Below are positions 1 to 9,803 of a DNA stretch of 64,000 nt, piece after piece (the first letter of the stretch is position 1; each line of letters starts with the position of its first letter). This DNA comes from Candidatus Rokuibacteriota bacterium (lineage in GTDB: Bacteria > Methylomirabilota > Methylomirabilia > Rokubacteriales > CSP1-6), in assembly GCA_016179965.1 (NCBI GenBank), contig JACPCF010000013.1, positions 7,335 to 71,334 on the forward strand, in the 5' to 3' direction. The position numbers were made by a program, and so were the translations under genes. The notes beneath the pieces were generated by a model. That model searched no databases, was not told where the DNA came from, and saw only the letters and a program-made list of their open reading frames with translations.

Positions 1-1227
1 AAGCGCGGAATGGCGGCGCAGGCCCTGACGGCGGCCTTCACAGCCTCCTTCGTGGGGGCCGCCTTCGCCAACGTGCTCATCACGTTCTTTGCCCCGCTCC
101 TGGCGGAGGTGGCGCTCAAGTTCGGTCCGCCCGAGTTCTTCGCCATCCAGCTCCTCACGTTTTCGGCTTTCGTGGGGCTGGGCGGGGGAAGCCCGGTCAA
201 GACACTGGCCTCGATCTTCATCGGCTTCATCCTGGCCGCGGTCGGGCTCGACATCGTGACCGGCAAGCTCCGGCTCACCTTCGGCAGCGTGGAGCTGATG
301 CGGGGGTTCTCCTTCATCGTGGCCGTGATCGGGCTGTTCGGGATCGGGGAAATTTTCTTAACCGTGGAGGAAGGGCTGCGCTTCCGGGGGGAGAAGGCCA
401 GGATCGGCTTCCGGGAGATGGTGACCACCTGGCGGGAGCTGGGCGGCTACTGGCGAACCTTCATCCGGAGCGCGCTGATCGGGTTCTGGATGGGGTTCAA
501 GCCGGGCGGGGCGACGCCGGCCTCGTTCATGAGCTACAGCTTCGCCAAGCGCTTCTCCAGGACGCCGGAAAAATTCGGCAAGGGGACCCTCGAGGGGGTG
601 GTGGCCCCGGAGACAGCCGCTCATGCCGCCGGCGGAGCGGCCATGCTCCCCATGATCACACTGGGGATCCCGGGGTCGCCCACCGCGGCGGTGATGCTGG
701 GCGGGCTCCTCATCTGGGGGCTCCAACCCGGGCCCATGCTCTTCAAGGAGAAGCCGGAGTTCGTCTGGGGGCTCATCGCCAGCATGTACACCGGGAACGT
801 GATCGGTGTCCTGGTGGTGCTCCTGTTCGTCCCGCTGTTCGCCGCCATCCTCCGCATCCCCTTCGCCGTCCTGACCCCGCTCATCGTGGTCATCTGCGCC
901 ATCGGGGCCTACGCGGTGAGCAACGCCCTGCTCGATGTCTGGTACATGCTGATCTTCGGGGTGATCGGCTACGTGTTTAAGAAGCTGGACTACCCGCTGG
1001 CGCCGCTGGTGCTGGCCCTGGTGCTCGGCGACATGGCGGAGACCGCCATCCGCCAGAGCCTTATCATGTCTCGAGGGAACCCCGCCATCTTCTTCTGGAG
1101 CCCGATCTCCGCCGTGATCACAGCCGCCGCCCTTCTTCTGTTCTTCCTCCCCGCGCTGTCGCTCGGGTGGCGGCGGCTCAAAAACGTCCCCGCGCCTGCC
1201 GCCTCCCATCCGGACCACACCCCCTAG
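1..1227 (+). CDS. tctA: Tripartite tricarboxylate transporter permease, TctA family (5' end cut by window edge)
   Basis: Frame open from nt 1. Polytopic membrane protein of 405+ aa with TctA-like stretches (GIPGSPTAAVMLGGLLIWGLQPGP; IGYVFKKLDYPLAPLVLALVLG). Stop at 1225-1227. Confidence 0.8.
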   Translation, partial: KRGMAAQALTAAFTASFVGAAFANVLITFFAPLLAEVALKFGPPEFFAIQLLTFSAFVGLGGGSPVKTLASIFIGFILAAVGLDIVTGKLRLTFGSVELMRGFSFIVAVIGLFGIGEIFLTVEEGLRFRGEKARIGFREMVTTWRELGGYWRTFIRSALIGFWMGFKPGGATPASFMSYSFAKRFSRTPEKFGKGTLEGVVAPETAAHAAGGAAMLPMITLGIPGSPTAAVMLGGLLIWGLQPGPMLFKEKPEFVWGLIASMYTGNVIGVLVVLLFVPLFAAILRIPFAVLTPLIVVICAIGAYAVSNALLDVWYMLIFGVIGYVFKKLDYPLAPLVLALVLGDMAETAIRQSLIMSRGNPAIFFWSPISAVITAAALLLFFLPALSLGWRRLKNVPAPAASHPDHTP

Positions 1228-1235
1228 ACCTGCCA

Positions 1236-3965
1236 ATGGCTACCGCTTCGGAGGGCTCTATGGCGAGGCGCTTCTGGCATTCGATGGCCGTCGATCACGT
1301 CCTGAGGGAACTCGAAACCGACCCTCACGGCGGTTTACCCGAGGACGAGGTCGGCCGGCGGCTCGAACGATACGGCCACAACGAGCTCAAAAAGGAGGAG
1401 AAGGCCTCTCCGCTGGCCCTGTTCTTCAATCAGTTCAAGAACGTCCTCATCATCATCCTGCTGATCGCCACGGTCCTCTCGGCCCTCGTCGGAGAGCTGG
1501 TGGACGCCGCCCTCATCATGGTGATCGTGGTCTTCAGCGCGGTCTTGGGCTTTGTCCAGGAGTACCGCGCGGAGCGAGCCCTAGAGGCGCTGAAAAAAAT
1601 GCTCGCCCCGACCATGACGGCCATCCGGGGAGGCAGGGAGCTCGAGGTCCCCTCGAAGGATCTCGTGCCCGGGGACATCGTGCTCCTGGAGGCGGGGGAT
1701 AAGATCCCCGCGGATGCCCGGCTGGTTGAGATCCACTCGTTACACTGCGATGAGGCGCCGCTGACCGGGGAGTCCATTCCCGTCACCAAGGAGCCCACGC
1801 TCCTGCGCGAGGATGCGCCCATCGGCGACCGAAAAAACATGGTCTTCACCGGCACCACGGTAACCTACGGGCGGGGGAAGGCGGTGGTTACCGCGACGGC
1901 CATGAATACTGAGTTCGGCAAGATCGCCGAAGAAGTGGCGGCCGTGACCGAGGAGAAGACGCCCCTCGAGCGGAGAACCGAAGAGATCGGGAAGTGGCTG
2001 GGGATCATCGCCCTGACCATCTGCGTCCTGGTGGTGGGGATTAGCCTCGCGAGAGAGTACTGGGCCGGCAAGATTACTCTGGAGTTTTCCCTGACCATGG
2101 TGATTTTTGCCATCGCCCTGGCCGTCGCCGCGGTCCCGGAGGCGCTGGCCGCCATCGTCACGGGCGCCTTGGCCATCGGGATGCACGAGATGGCCAAGCG
2201 GAACGCCCTGGTGAGGAAGATGCCGGCGGTCGAGACGCTGGGCTGCACGACGGTGATCTGCTCGGACAAGACCGGCACCCTGACGAAGGGGGAGATGACG
2301 GTCAGGCGACTGTTGGTCGGCGGCCGGGCGATCGAGGTGAGCGGGGTGGGCTACGCTCCCGAGGGCGGCCTCAGCCCGGCGGTCACCGATCGATCCGTCC
2401 AGCTGCTCCTGAAGGGGGGAGTCCTGTGCAGCGACGCCGTGCTCGGCGAAGAAGCGGGGCGATGGTTCGTGAAGGGGGACCCGACGGAGGGTGCCCTCGT
2501 GGTTGTCGCAGCCAAGGGAGGGGTGCACCAGGCAGAGACACGGCTTCAATGCCCGAGGATCGAGGAGTTCCCGTTCAGCTCTGAGCGAAAGCGGATGACC
2601 ACCCTCCATACCATGGAAGATGGGACGCGGCTGGCCTTTATGAAAGGGGCGCCCGAGGTGCTCCTGGAGCGGTGCTCCCATCGGTTGAATGGAGATGAAC
2701 GGAGCGCGTTAAGCGACAGCGAGCGGACGAAAATACTGCAGGTCAATGAGGAGATGGCCGGGGACGCCTTACGGGTCATTGGCGTCGCCTACAAAGAGCT
2801 CCCGGAGATGGACGGGTATGGCGAGGAGTTCGTCGAACGGGAGCTGGTGTTCCTCGGCCTCGTGGGGATGATGGACCCGCCCCGGGAAGAGGCGATCGAG
2901 GCCGTGAAGGTCTGTCGGCAGGTCCACATCAAGCCCGTCATGATCACCGGCGATCACAAGCTAACCGCTGTGGCTGTTGCGAAGGAATTGGGGATATACC
3001 GGGAAGGGGATCTGGTGCTGACGGGCGAGGAGCTTGGCGCCCTGGACGATGAGGGGTTCCAGGGCATTGTGGAGCGAGTGTCAGTGTACGCCAGGGTCTC
3101 GCCCATGGACAAGTTGAAGATCATCAAGGCGTGGAAAAAGAGGGGCGAGGTCGTCGCCATGACCGGCGACGGGGTCAACGATGCCCCGGCCCTGAAACAC
3201 GCCGACATCGGGGTCGCCATGGGGATAACGGGCACCGAGGTGGCCAAGGAGGCCTCGGATATCGTCCTGAGCGATGACAACTTCGCCTCCATCGTCCGGG
3301 CAATCGAGCGGGGGCGGTGGATCTACGACAACATCAAGAAGTACCTCACCTACCTGCTCCGGGCCAACATCACCGAAGTGGTGGTCCTCGGCGGGGTCGT
3401 TGTGGTCATGGGCCCCGAGTTCCTGCCCCTCCTGCCGGCCGCGATCCTGTACATAAACCTGGCGACCGATGGGCTTCCGGCTCTGGCCCTGGGCGTCGCG
3501 CCCCCTGACCCCGACATCATGCAGCGGCCGCCGCGGGACCCGAAGGAAAGCGTGTTTTCCCTGGATATCAGGGTTCTTATCGCGATGGGAGTGATCATCG
3601 AATGTCCGATCTTCCTGTGGGTCTTCTTCCAGAACTTTGCCGATTTGGAGATTGCGCGAACGAAGATCTTCCTCATGTTCGTCCTCATCGAACTGGTCAT
3701 CGCCATCAACTTCCGGTCTTTGCGGTACAGCCTCATCCAGGCGCCTCCCCACAAATGGCTCCTTCTGGCCATTGGGTGGGAGTTGCTGTTGCTCGCCTTC
3801 CTCATCCAGTTTCCCCTCGTGCGTGACGCGTTCGGAATCTCGGTGCCGGGGGTGTCGGACGTCGGGGTGATCCTGGCCATCGCGCTCGCCGTCCTCATCT
3901 CGATCGAGATCGTCAAGGCTCTCCTGAGGACGAAGGCCCCGGTCCGCGGGCGGGTCTCGGCGTAA
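1236..3965 (+). CDS. Cation-transporting P-type ATPase (P2-type, Ca2+-ATPase-like)
   Basis: Carries CSDKTGTLT phosphorylation motif, MITGDHKLTA, MTGDGVNDAPALK hinge and an N-terminal Cation_ATPase_N-like segment (LETDPHGGLPEDEVGRRLERYGHNEL). Start set at the first ATG after the tctA stop; the track ORF start at 1167 overlaps tctA. Confidence 0.9.
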   Translation: MATASEGSMARRFWHSMAVDHVLRELETDPHGGLPEDEVGRRLERYGHNELKKEEKASPLALFFNQFKNVLIIILLIATVLSALVGELVDAALIMVIVVFSAVLGFVQEYRAERALEALKKMLAPTMTAIRGGRELEVPSKDLVPGDIVLLEAGDKIPADARLVEIHSLHCDEAPLTGESIPVTKEPTLLREDAPIGDRKNMVFTGTTVTYGRGKAVVTATAMNTEFGKIAEEVAAVTEEKTPLERRTEEIGKWLGIIALTICVLVVGISLAREYWAGKITLEFSLTMVIFAIALAVAAVPEALAAIVTGALAIGMHEMAKRNALVRKMPAVETLGCTTVICSDKTGTLTKGEMTVRRLLVGGRAIEVSGVGYAPEGGLSPAVTDRSVQLLLKGGVLCSDAVLGEEAGRWFVKGDPTEGALVVVAAKGGVHQAETRLQCPRIEEFPFSSERKRMTTLHTMEDGTRLAFMKGAPEVLLERCSHRLNGDERSALSDSERTKILQVNEEMAGDALRVIGVAYKELPEMDGYGEEFVERELVFLGLVGMMDPPREEAIEAVKVCRQVHIKPVMITGDHKLTAVAVAKELGIYREGDLVLTGEELGALDDEGFQGIVERVSVYARVSPMDKLKIIKAWKKRGEVVAMTGDGVNDAPALKHADIGVAMGITGTEVAKEASDIVLSDDNFASIVRAIERGRWIYDNIKKYLTYLLRANITEVVVLGGVVVVMGPEFLPLLPAAILYINLATDGLPALALGVAPPDPDIMQRPPRDPKESVFSLDIRVLIAMGVIIECPIFLWVFFQNFADLEIARTKIFLMFVLIELVIAINFRSLRYSLIQAPPHKWLLLAIGWELLLLAFLIQFPLVRDAFGISVPGVSDVGVILAIALAVLISIEIVKALLRTKAPVRGRVSA

Positions 3966-3971
3966 GCCGGG

Positions 3972-5189
3972 ATGAGTCACGCCCTCTGGCTTCTAGGAGC
4001 GGCCGCTCTCGCCCTTCAGTGGATCATCCTCCGGGTCACGGAAACGCCCGTCCCGCCACACTGGGAGGCCCTGCTGGCGGGGGCGGGAATCCTCGGGGCG
4101 GCCTTCCTCCTCGCGTGGGCCGCCGAGGTGGCTCAGATCGACATCCCGCAGAAGCTGGCCCTGGCCTTCCTCGCCCTCATCGCGGTCCTCCCGGAGTACG
4201 CGGTGGATCTCTACTTCGCCTGGGCGGCGGGGAAAGATCCCAGCTACACCCAGTACGCCGTGGCGAATATGACCGGGGCCAACCGCCTCCTGATCGGCCT
4301 CGGCTGGCCCGCCGTCGTCCTGACTTTCTGGTTGGTCACCCGTCGCACAAGGGTCGAGCTTGAGCCCTCCCACGGCAGCGAGGTCCTCTACTTGAGCGTG
4401 GCCACCCTCTACTCGTTCCTCATCCCCCTCAAGGGGACGATCTCGCTCATTGACTCGATGGTGCTCATCGCCATCTTTGTCCGTTACATCGTGGCGGCGT
4501 CCCGGGCGGGGGTTTTCCAGCCGGAGCTCGCTGGCCCCGCGGAGATTCTGGGCAGGCTCCCTCCGGTCCCCCGTCGGGCGGCGACGGTGGCCCTCTTCCT
4601 CGTTTCGGGCCTCACGATCTTCCTGGCCGCCGCGCCGTTTGCGGAAGGACTGCTGGCCACCGGGCGGCGCTTCGGGATCGAGGAGTTCATCCTGGTCCAG
4701 TGGCTGGCCCCCCTTGCCTCCGAGTCCCCGGAGTTCATCGTGGCCATCCTCTTCGCCCTCCGTGCCAACTCAGGCGCCAGCATGGGAACCCTCTTGTCCT
4801 CCAAGGTCAACCAGTGGACGATCCTGATCGGGGCCCTTCCCATCGCCTACAGCCTGTCGGCGGGCCGGGTCGGGGCGCTCGTAATGGATGCCCGTCAGGT
4901 AGAGGAGGTGCTGCTGACCGCCGCCCAATCCCTGTTCGCCGTGGCAGTGCTGGCCAATCTCTCGTTTTCGCTGAAGGAGGCAGCCCTCATCGCCGTGCTC
5001 TTCACCACCCAGCTCTTCTTTACCGACCCCCTGGTCCGCTTCGGCTACTCGGCCGTTTATATCGTCCTCACCGTCGCCCTGTTGCTCTTGAGCCGGGACA
5101 GCCGGTCGGCCTTTTTCGCCATGTTTCGCCAGCTCGCGGGCGGTCGGTTGGGGCGTGCCCCTGCGGCTCAAGGAGGACCCGGGCCATGA
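3972..5189 (+). CDS. Ca2+/cation antiporter (CaCA, Na_Ca_ex family) membrane protein
   Basis: Polytopic 405-aa ORF with two alpha-repeat-like segments ([12 protein letters not shown] and [18 protein letters not shown]). Starts 7 nt after the ATPase stop. Confidence 0.7.
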   Translation: MSHALWLLGAAALALQWIILRVTETPVPPHWEALLAGAGILGAAFLLAWAAEVAQIDIPQKLALAFLALIAVLPEYAVDLYFAWAAGKDPSYTQYAVANMTGANRLLIGLGWPAVVLTFWLVTRRTRVELEPSHGSEVLYLSVATLYSFLIPLKGTISLIDSMVLIAIFVRYIVAASRAGVFQPELAGPAEILGRLPPVPRRAATVALFLVSGLTIFLAAAPFAEGLLATGRRFGIEEFILVQWLAPLASESPEFIVAILFALRANSGASMGTLLSSKVNQWTILIGALPIAYSLSAGRVGALVMDARQVEEVLLTAAQSLFAVAVLANLSFSLKEAALIAVLFTTQLFFTDPLVRFGYSAVYIVLTVALLLLSRDSRSAFFAMFRQLAGGRLGRAPAAQGGPGP

Positions 5190-5944
5190 CATGGCCGGAC
5201 ATGGAGCCCGTCAAGAGCACCCGCATCTACGAGGAGATCGTCCGCCAGGTCAAGGCGCTGATCGCCGAGGGCCGCCTCAAGTCCGGCGACCAGCTCCCCC
5301 CCGAGCGCGACCTCGCCGCGCAATTCAAGGTGAGCCGGGCCTCGGTCCGTGAGGCGCTCCGGACGCTCGAGAGCATGGGGCTCATCGAGATCCGCCCGGG
5401 AGAGGGCACCTTCGTCCGCCAGGTCTCTGTCGAGTCCCTGATCGAGCCGCTGGCGCAGGTCATCCTGTCCCAGCGCGAGGCCGTGGGTGAGCTGTTCGAA
5501 GCCCGCCGCCTCCTGGAGCCCGCCATCGCGGGCCTCGCGGCTCGGCGCGCCACCCAGGACGACATTCACGAGATGGAGCGGATCCTGGAGGCGCAAGCCA
5601 AGGAAGTGGCCGCCGGGCTGACCGGCTTGGCCCAGGACGCGGCCTTCCATGCGTCCATCGCCGCGTCGGTCCGCAACCGGGCGATCACCCGCATCGTCAA
5701 CGCCCTCATGGATCTCCTCACCCAGAGCCGGGAAGAGTCGCTCCAGACCCCTGGCCGGCCGACCCGATCCCACCAGGACCACCAGCGGATTCTCGCCGCG
5801 ATCCGCCGCAGGGACGAGGCGGGCGCCTACCGGGCCATGCTGGACCACCTGACCGCGGTGGAAGCCCTGGTGATGGGCAACGGCGCCGAATCCCGTCCCG
5901 CCTCCCCGGCCAAGAAGCGACGGGCATCGCGAAGACCGGCTTGA
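5186..5944 (+). CDS. GntR-family transcriptional regulator (FadR/FCD subfamily)
   Basis: N-terminal GntR winged helix ([64 protein letters not shown]) plus a helical C-terminal FCD-like domain. ATG 5186 overlaps the upstream stop (ATGA). SD AGGAGGA at 5171-5177. Confidence 0.85.
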   Translation: MTWPDMEPVKSTRIYEEIVRQVKALIAEGRLKSGDQLPPERDLAAQFKVSRASVREALRTLESMGLIEIRPGEGTFVRQVSVESLIEPLAQVILSQREAVGELFEARRLLEPAIAGLAARRATQDDIHEMERILEAQAKEVAAGLTGLAQDAAFHASIAASVRNRAITRIVNALMDLLTQSREESLQTPGRPTRSHQDHQRILAAIRRRDEAGAYRAMLDHLTAVEALVMGNGAESRPASPAKKRRASRRPA

Positions 5945-5970
5945 CAGCGCCTGGGACGGTGGGGTAGCGT
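5941..5970 (+). promoter_or_regulatory. Candidate sigma70-type promoter (TTGACA-18-TAGCGT) for a small transcription unit
   Basis: TTGACA at 5941-5946 overlaps the GntR stop. TAGCGT at 5965-5970. The -10 hexamer is weak. Confidence 0.3.
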
Positions 5971-5980
5971 AACTGTCACT

Positions 5981-6064
5981 ATGAAGGGTGAGCGATCGCT
6001 CGGGATGCTTCGACTGGGCCTGATTCTGGTCCTTCCGGGCCTGCCCGGAGCGTCCGCCGTGTAG
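5981..6064 (+). CDS. Candidate 27-aa small ORF (MKGERSLGMLRLGLILVLPGLPGASAV), signal-peptide-like
   Basis: ATG about 11 nt after the candidate -10; stop TAG at 6062-6064. It has n-region/h-region/ASA-like composition only. It could be non-coding. Confidence 0.2.
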   Translation: MKGERSLGMLRLGLILVLPGLPGASAV

Positions 6065-6078
6065 CGCGAGCGTCGGAT

Positions 6079-6101
6079 GCCACGGGCGGGGAGCCCGTGG
6101 C
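6079..6101 (+). other. Perfect 9-bp hairpin GCCACGGGC-GGGGA-GCCCGTGGC
   Basis: Read directly from the sequence. Its arms are the same sequence as those of the terminator hairpin 40 nt downstream, so alternative pairing is possible. Confidence 0.6.
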
Positions 6102-6118
6102 CGGCAACGACACTGAGG

Positions 6119-6150
6119 GCCACGGGACACCCCGTGGCTCTTTCGTTTTT
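6119..6150 (+). terminator. Rho-independent terminator
   Basis: GCCACGGG-ACAC-CCCGTGGC (8-bp GC stem) followed by TCTTTCGTTTTT. Confidence 0.7.
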
Positions 6151-6162
6151 GGCGCGAACTCC

Positions 6163-6192
6163 TTGACACGGAAGAGGGGATTTTGCTAAGTT
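6163..6192 (+). promoter_or_regulatory. Candidate sigma70 promoter of ppdK (TTGACA-18-TAAGTT)
   Basis: Consensus -35 at 6163-6168 and an AT-rich -10 at 6187-6192, about 40 nt upstream of the ppdK ATG. Lies just downstream of the terminator. Confidence 0.5.
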
Positions 6193-6232
6193 TACAAGGA
6201 TTTTCCGGCCCACCACGGGGAGATCGCGACCG

Positions 6233-8923
6233 ATGGCCAAGTACGTGTACTTCTTCGGCGGCGGGAAGGCGGAGGGCTCCTGGCAGATGCGGGATTTGCT
6301 GGGCGGAAAGGGGTGCGATCTGGCCGAGATGACGAGTCTCGGCATCCCCGTCCCCCCGGGCTTCACGATCACGACGGAGGCGTGCGTTGAGTATTTCAAC
6401 CGGGAGAAGCGGCATCCGGACGGGCTGTGGGACGAAGTCGTGTCGAGCCTGCGGCGGCTGGAGTCCGTCATCAACCTGCGCTTCGCCGACCCGGCCAACC
6501 CCCTCCTCGTCTCCGTGCGGTCAGGGGCGCGCGTGTCCATGCCCGGAATGATGGACACGGTCCTCAATCTGGGGCTCAACGACCGGACCGTCGTGGGGCT
6601 GGCCCGGCGGACCAAGAACGACCGCTTCGCCTGGGATTGCTACCGGCGCTTCGTCATGATGTTCGGGGACGTGGTCCTGGGCCTCGAGCGGTCGGCCTTC
6701 GAGCGCCTCCTCGATGAGGCGAAGTCGCGCGTCGGCGCGAAGACGGATCCCGAGGTCCCGGCCGAGGCGCTGATGGATCTGGTGGGCCGCTACAAGGCGC
6801 TCGTCAAGGAGAAAACGGGAGAGGCGTTCCCCCAGGATCCCCTCAAGCAGCTTCGCCTGGCGATCGACGCGATCTTCAACTCCTGGAACAACCAGCGGGC
6901 CGTCACCTACCGGAAGATCCACGGGATCCCTCACGACTGGGGCACGGCGGTCACGGTCATGACGATGGTGTTCGGCAACTTGGGGGAAAGCTCCGGAACC
7001 GGCGTGGCGTTTACCCGGGACCCCGCCATGGGCGAGCGGCGCTTCTTCGGAGAATTCCTCGTCAACGCTCAGGGGGAGGACGTCGTCGCCGGGGTCCGCA
7101 CCCCCGAGCCCATCACGGCGCTCCAGGCGCGGGCGCCGAAGGTGTACGCGGAGCTGGCCGCGATCAAGGACCGGCTCGAGCGCCACTACCGGGACATGCA
7201 GGATATCGAGTTCACCGTCCAGGAGGGGACGCTCTACCTCCTGCAGACCCGCGCGGGGAAGCGGACGGCCAAGGCCGCCGTGCGCGTCGCGGTGGAGATG
7301 GTGCGTGAGGGATTGATCGACAAGGAAACGGCGCTCCTCCGGCTCGAGCCCCACCGGCTCCACGAGCTGCTGCACTGGATCTTCGATCCGACCGACAAGG
7401 CGCGGGCAGTCTCCAAGGGGCGGCTGCTCGCCAAGGGGCTGCCGGCGGGGCCGGGCGCCGCCGTCGGGCGGGTTGTGTTCAACACCGAACGCGCCGTGGA
7501 GTGGGCCAAGGGCGGGCAGAAGGTCATGCTCGTTCGTCCGGAGACCTCGCCGGAGGACGTCGCGGGCATGTGGGCCGCGGAAGGAATCCTCACGTCCCGC
7601 GGCGGGCTGACCTCCCACGCGGCCGTGGTGGCCCGGGGGATGGGGAAGTGCTGCGTCGTCGGGGCCGGCGACGTGTTCGTGGATGAGGAGCGTCGCGCCT
7701 TTCAGGCCGGCCGGTCGCTCGTCCGCGAGGGGGACATGATCGCGGTGGACGGCCACACCGGGGAGATCTTTCTGGACATGATCGCGCGCATCCCGCCGCC
7801 CATCAGCGACGAGCTGCGCGTGTTCCTCAAGTGGGCGGATGAGACGCGCACCCTGGGCGTCCGCGCCAACGCCGACACGCCCGAAGACGCGCGGAAGGCC
7901 CGGGAGAACGGCGGGGAGGGGATCGGCCTGGTCCGCACCGAGCACATGTTCTTCCAGGCCGAGCGCATTCCCAGCGTGCGCGAGATGATCATGGCCACCG
8001 ACACGAAAGCGCGGCAGGTGGCGCTCGAGAAGCTGCTGCCGCTTCAGCGGGAGGATTTCATCGGGATCTTCCGCGCCATGGACGGGTTTCCGGTGACCAT
8101 CCGGCTCCTCGACCCGCCGCTGCACGAGTTCCTGCCGAAGTACACGGAGCTCCTGGAGGAGCACACGCGCCTCGACGCGCTGGGCATCAACCAGGCGCGG
8201 GCCCGCGAGCTGGAAGAGGTCATGGCGAAGGTGCGCGCGCTCCAGGAGGCGAACCCGATGCTGGGGCACCGCGGCTGCCGCCTGGGCATCACGTTCCCGG
8301 AGGTCTACGAGATGCAGGTGCGGGCCATCATGGAGGCGGCCTGTGCGGTCAACCGGGAAGGGGTCAAGGTCGAGCCGGAGATCATGATCCCCCTGACCGG
8401 GACGGTGGGCGAGATGAAGCTCACCCACGAGATGACCAAGTCCGTGGCCGACACGGTGATCGCCGACACCGGGGTGGAGGTGAAGTACCTGATCGGGACC
8501 ATGATCGAGGTCCCGCGGGCGGCGCTCGTGGCGGATCGGATCGCGGAGGACGCCGAGTTCTTTTCGTTCGGCACGAACGATCTGACGCAGATGACCTTCG
8601 GCTACAGCCGCGACGACATCGGAAAGTTCCTCCCCTTCTACCTCGACCGGGGGCTTCTGCGGGCGGACCCCTTCTCGGTGCTGGATCAGGAGGGCGTCGG
8701 TGAGTTGATCCGCATCGGCATCGAGCGTGGGCGGAAGACCCGTCCCGCGCTCAAGGTGGGCATCTGCGGGGAGCACGGGGGCGAGCCCTCGTCCGTGGAG
8801 TTCTGCCACCGGGTCGGCATGACGTACGTGTCGTGCTCGCCCTTCATGATCCCGGTCGCCCGCCTGGCGGCGGCTCAGGCGCGCATCAGAGAAAAGCGAG
8901 CGCGGGAGGTCACCAATGCCTGA
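6233..8923 (+). CDS. ppdK: Pyruvate, phosphate dikinase
   Basis: 896 aa. N-terminus MAKYVYFFGGGKAEG, phosphohistidine loop GGLTSHAAVVARGMGK, and a PEP-utilising C-terminal domain (FFSFGTNDLTQ, GICGEHGGEPSS). Confidence 0.95.
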   Translation: MAKYVYFFGGGKAEGSWQMRDLLGGKGCDLAEMTSLGIPVPPGFTITTEACVEYFNREKRHPDGLWDEVVSSLRRLESVINLRFADPANPLLVSVRSGARVSMPGMMDTVLNLGLNDRTVVGLARRTKNDRFAWDCYRRFVMMFGDVVLGLERSAFERLLDEAKSRVGAKTDPEVPAEALMDLVGRYKALVKEKTGEAFPQDPLKQLRLAIDAIFNSWNNQRAVTYRKIHGIPHDWGTAVTVMTMVFGNLGESSGTGVAFTRDPAMGERRFFGEFLVNAQGEDVVAGVRTPEPITALQARAPKVYAELAAIKDRLERHYRDMQDIEFTVQEGTLYLLQTRAGKRTAKAAVRVAVEMVREGLIDKETALLRLEPHRLHELLHWIFDPTDKARAVSKGRLLAKGLPAGPGAAVGRVVFNTERAVEWAKGGQKVMLVRPETSPEDVAGMWAAEGILTSRGGLTSHAAVVARGMGKCCVVGAGDVFVDEERRAFQAGRSLVREGDMIAVDGHTGEIFLDMIARIPPPISDELRVFLKWADETRTLGVRANADTPEDARKARENGGEGIGLVRTEHMFFQAERIPSVREMIMATDTKARQVALEKLLPLQREDFIGIFRAMDGFPVTIRLLDPPLHEFLPKYTELLEEHTRLDALGINQARARELEEVMAKVRALQEANPMLGHRGCRLGITFPEVYEMQVRAIMEAACAVNREGVKVEPEIMIPLTGTVGEMKLTHEMTKSVADTVIADTGVEVKYLIGTMIEVPRAALVADRIAEDAEFFSFGTNDLTQMTFGYSRDDIGKFLPFYLDRGLLRADPFSVLDQEGVGELIRIGIERGRKTRPALKVGICGEHGGEPSSVEFCHRVGMTYVSCSPFMIPVARLAAAQARIREKRAREVTNA

Positions 8924-9803
8924 GCTGGAAGGAGTATTCATCCCCGTTCCCACGCCCTTCCGGGGGGAGGCGGTGGCCCTCGACGCCCTCAAAGCCAACC
9001 TGGCGCGGTGGAACGAGACTCCCCTGGCCGGCTACGTCATCCTGGGGTCCACGGGCGAGTTTCCCCTCCTGACGGAGGCGGAGAAGGACGCGGTCCTCGT
9101 GGCGGCACGGGAGGCCATTCCGCGCGAGAAGTTCTTTATTGCCGGCACGGGGACCGAGTCCACGCAGGGCACCATCCGCCAGACCAGGCGCGCCGCCGAG
9201 ATCGGAGCCGACGCGGCCATTATCATCACCCCGAACTACTACAAGAAAGGGCTCTCGCAGCCCGCGGCTCAGATCCGGCACTATCTCGCCGTGGCCGAGG
9301 CCTCGCCGATTCCCGTGATGATCTACAACTTCCCCCAGAACACCGGGATCAACCTGGAGCCGGAGACCGTCGCGCGGATCGCCGAGCACGCCAACGTGTG
9401 CGGGATCAAAGACTCCTCGGGGAACATCGCGCAGGCGGCGCAGCTCATCCACATGACGCCGAAATCCTTCCACGTGCTGGTGGGCGCAGCCTCGGCCCTC
9501 CTGCCGTCGCTGACGCTGGGCTCCTCGGGCGGGATCCTGGCCCTGGCGGTGCTGGCCGCGCGCGAGCACTGCGAGGTTTACGCGCTGGCGCGGCAGGGGC
9601 GCTGGGACGAGGCGCGCGAGGTCGTGCATCGGATGCTGGCGGTGGATCGGGGCGTCCACGGCCGCTACGGCATCGGGGGCCTCAAGGCGGCGCTGGACCT
9701 GCTGGAGTTCTACGGCGGCCCGTGCCGGGCGCCGCTCGGCACCCCGGACGGGGACGCCATCGAAGACATCAGGGAGTTACTCGCGACGGCGGGCTTGCTG
9801 TAA
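8916..9803 (+). CDS. Dihydrodipicolinate synthase / N-acetylneuraminate lyase family class I aldolase
   Basis: [14 protein letters not shown] and Schiff-base lysine context [10 protein letters not shown]. The ATG overlaps the ppdK 3' end by 8 nt. Exact substrate is not assignable from sequence. Confidence 0.8.
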   Translation: MPELEGVFIPVPTPFRGEAVALDALKANLARWNETPLAGYVILGSTGEFPLLTEAEKDAVLVAAREAIPREKFFIAGTGTESTQGTIRQTRRAAEIGADAAIIITPNYYKKGLSQPAAQIRHYLAVAEASPIPVMIYNFPQNTGINLEPETVARIAEHANVCGIKDSSGNIAQAAQLIHMTPKSFHVLVGAASALLPSLTLGSSGGILALAVLAAREHCEVYALARQGRWDEAREVVHRMLAVDRGVHGRYGIGGLKAALDLLEFYGGPCRAPLGTPDGDAIEDIRELLATAGLL

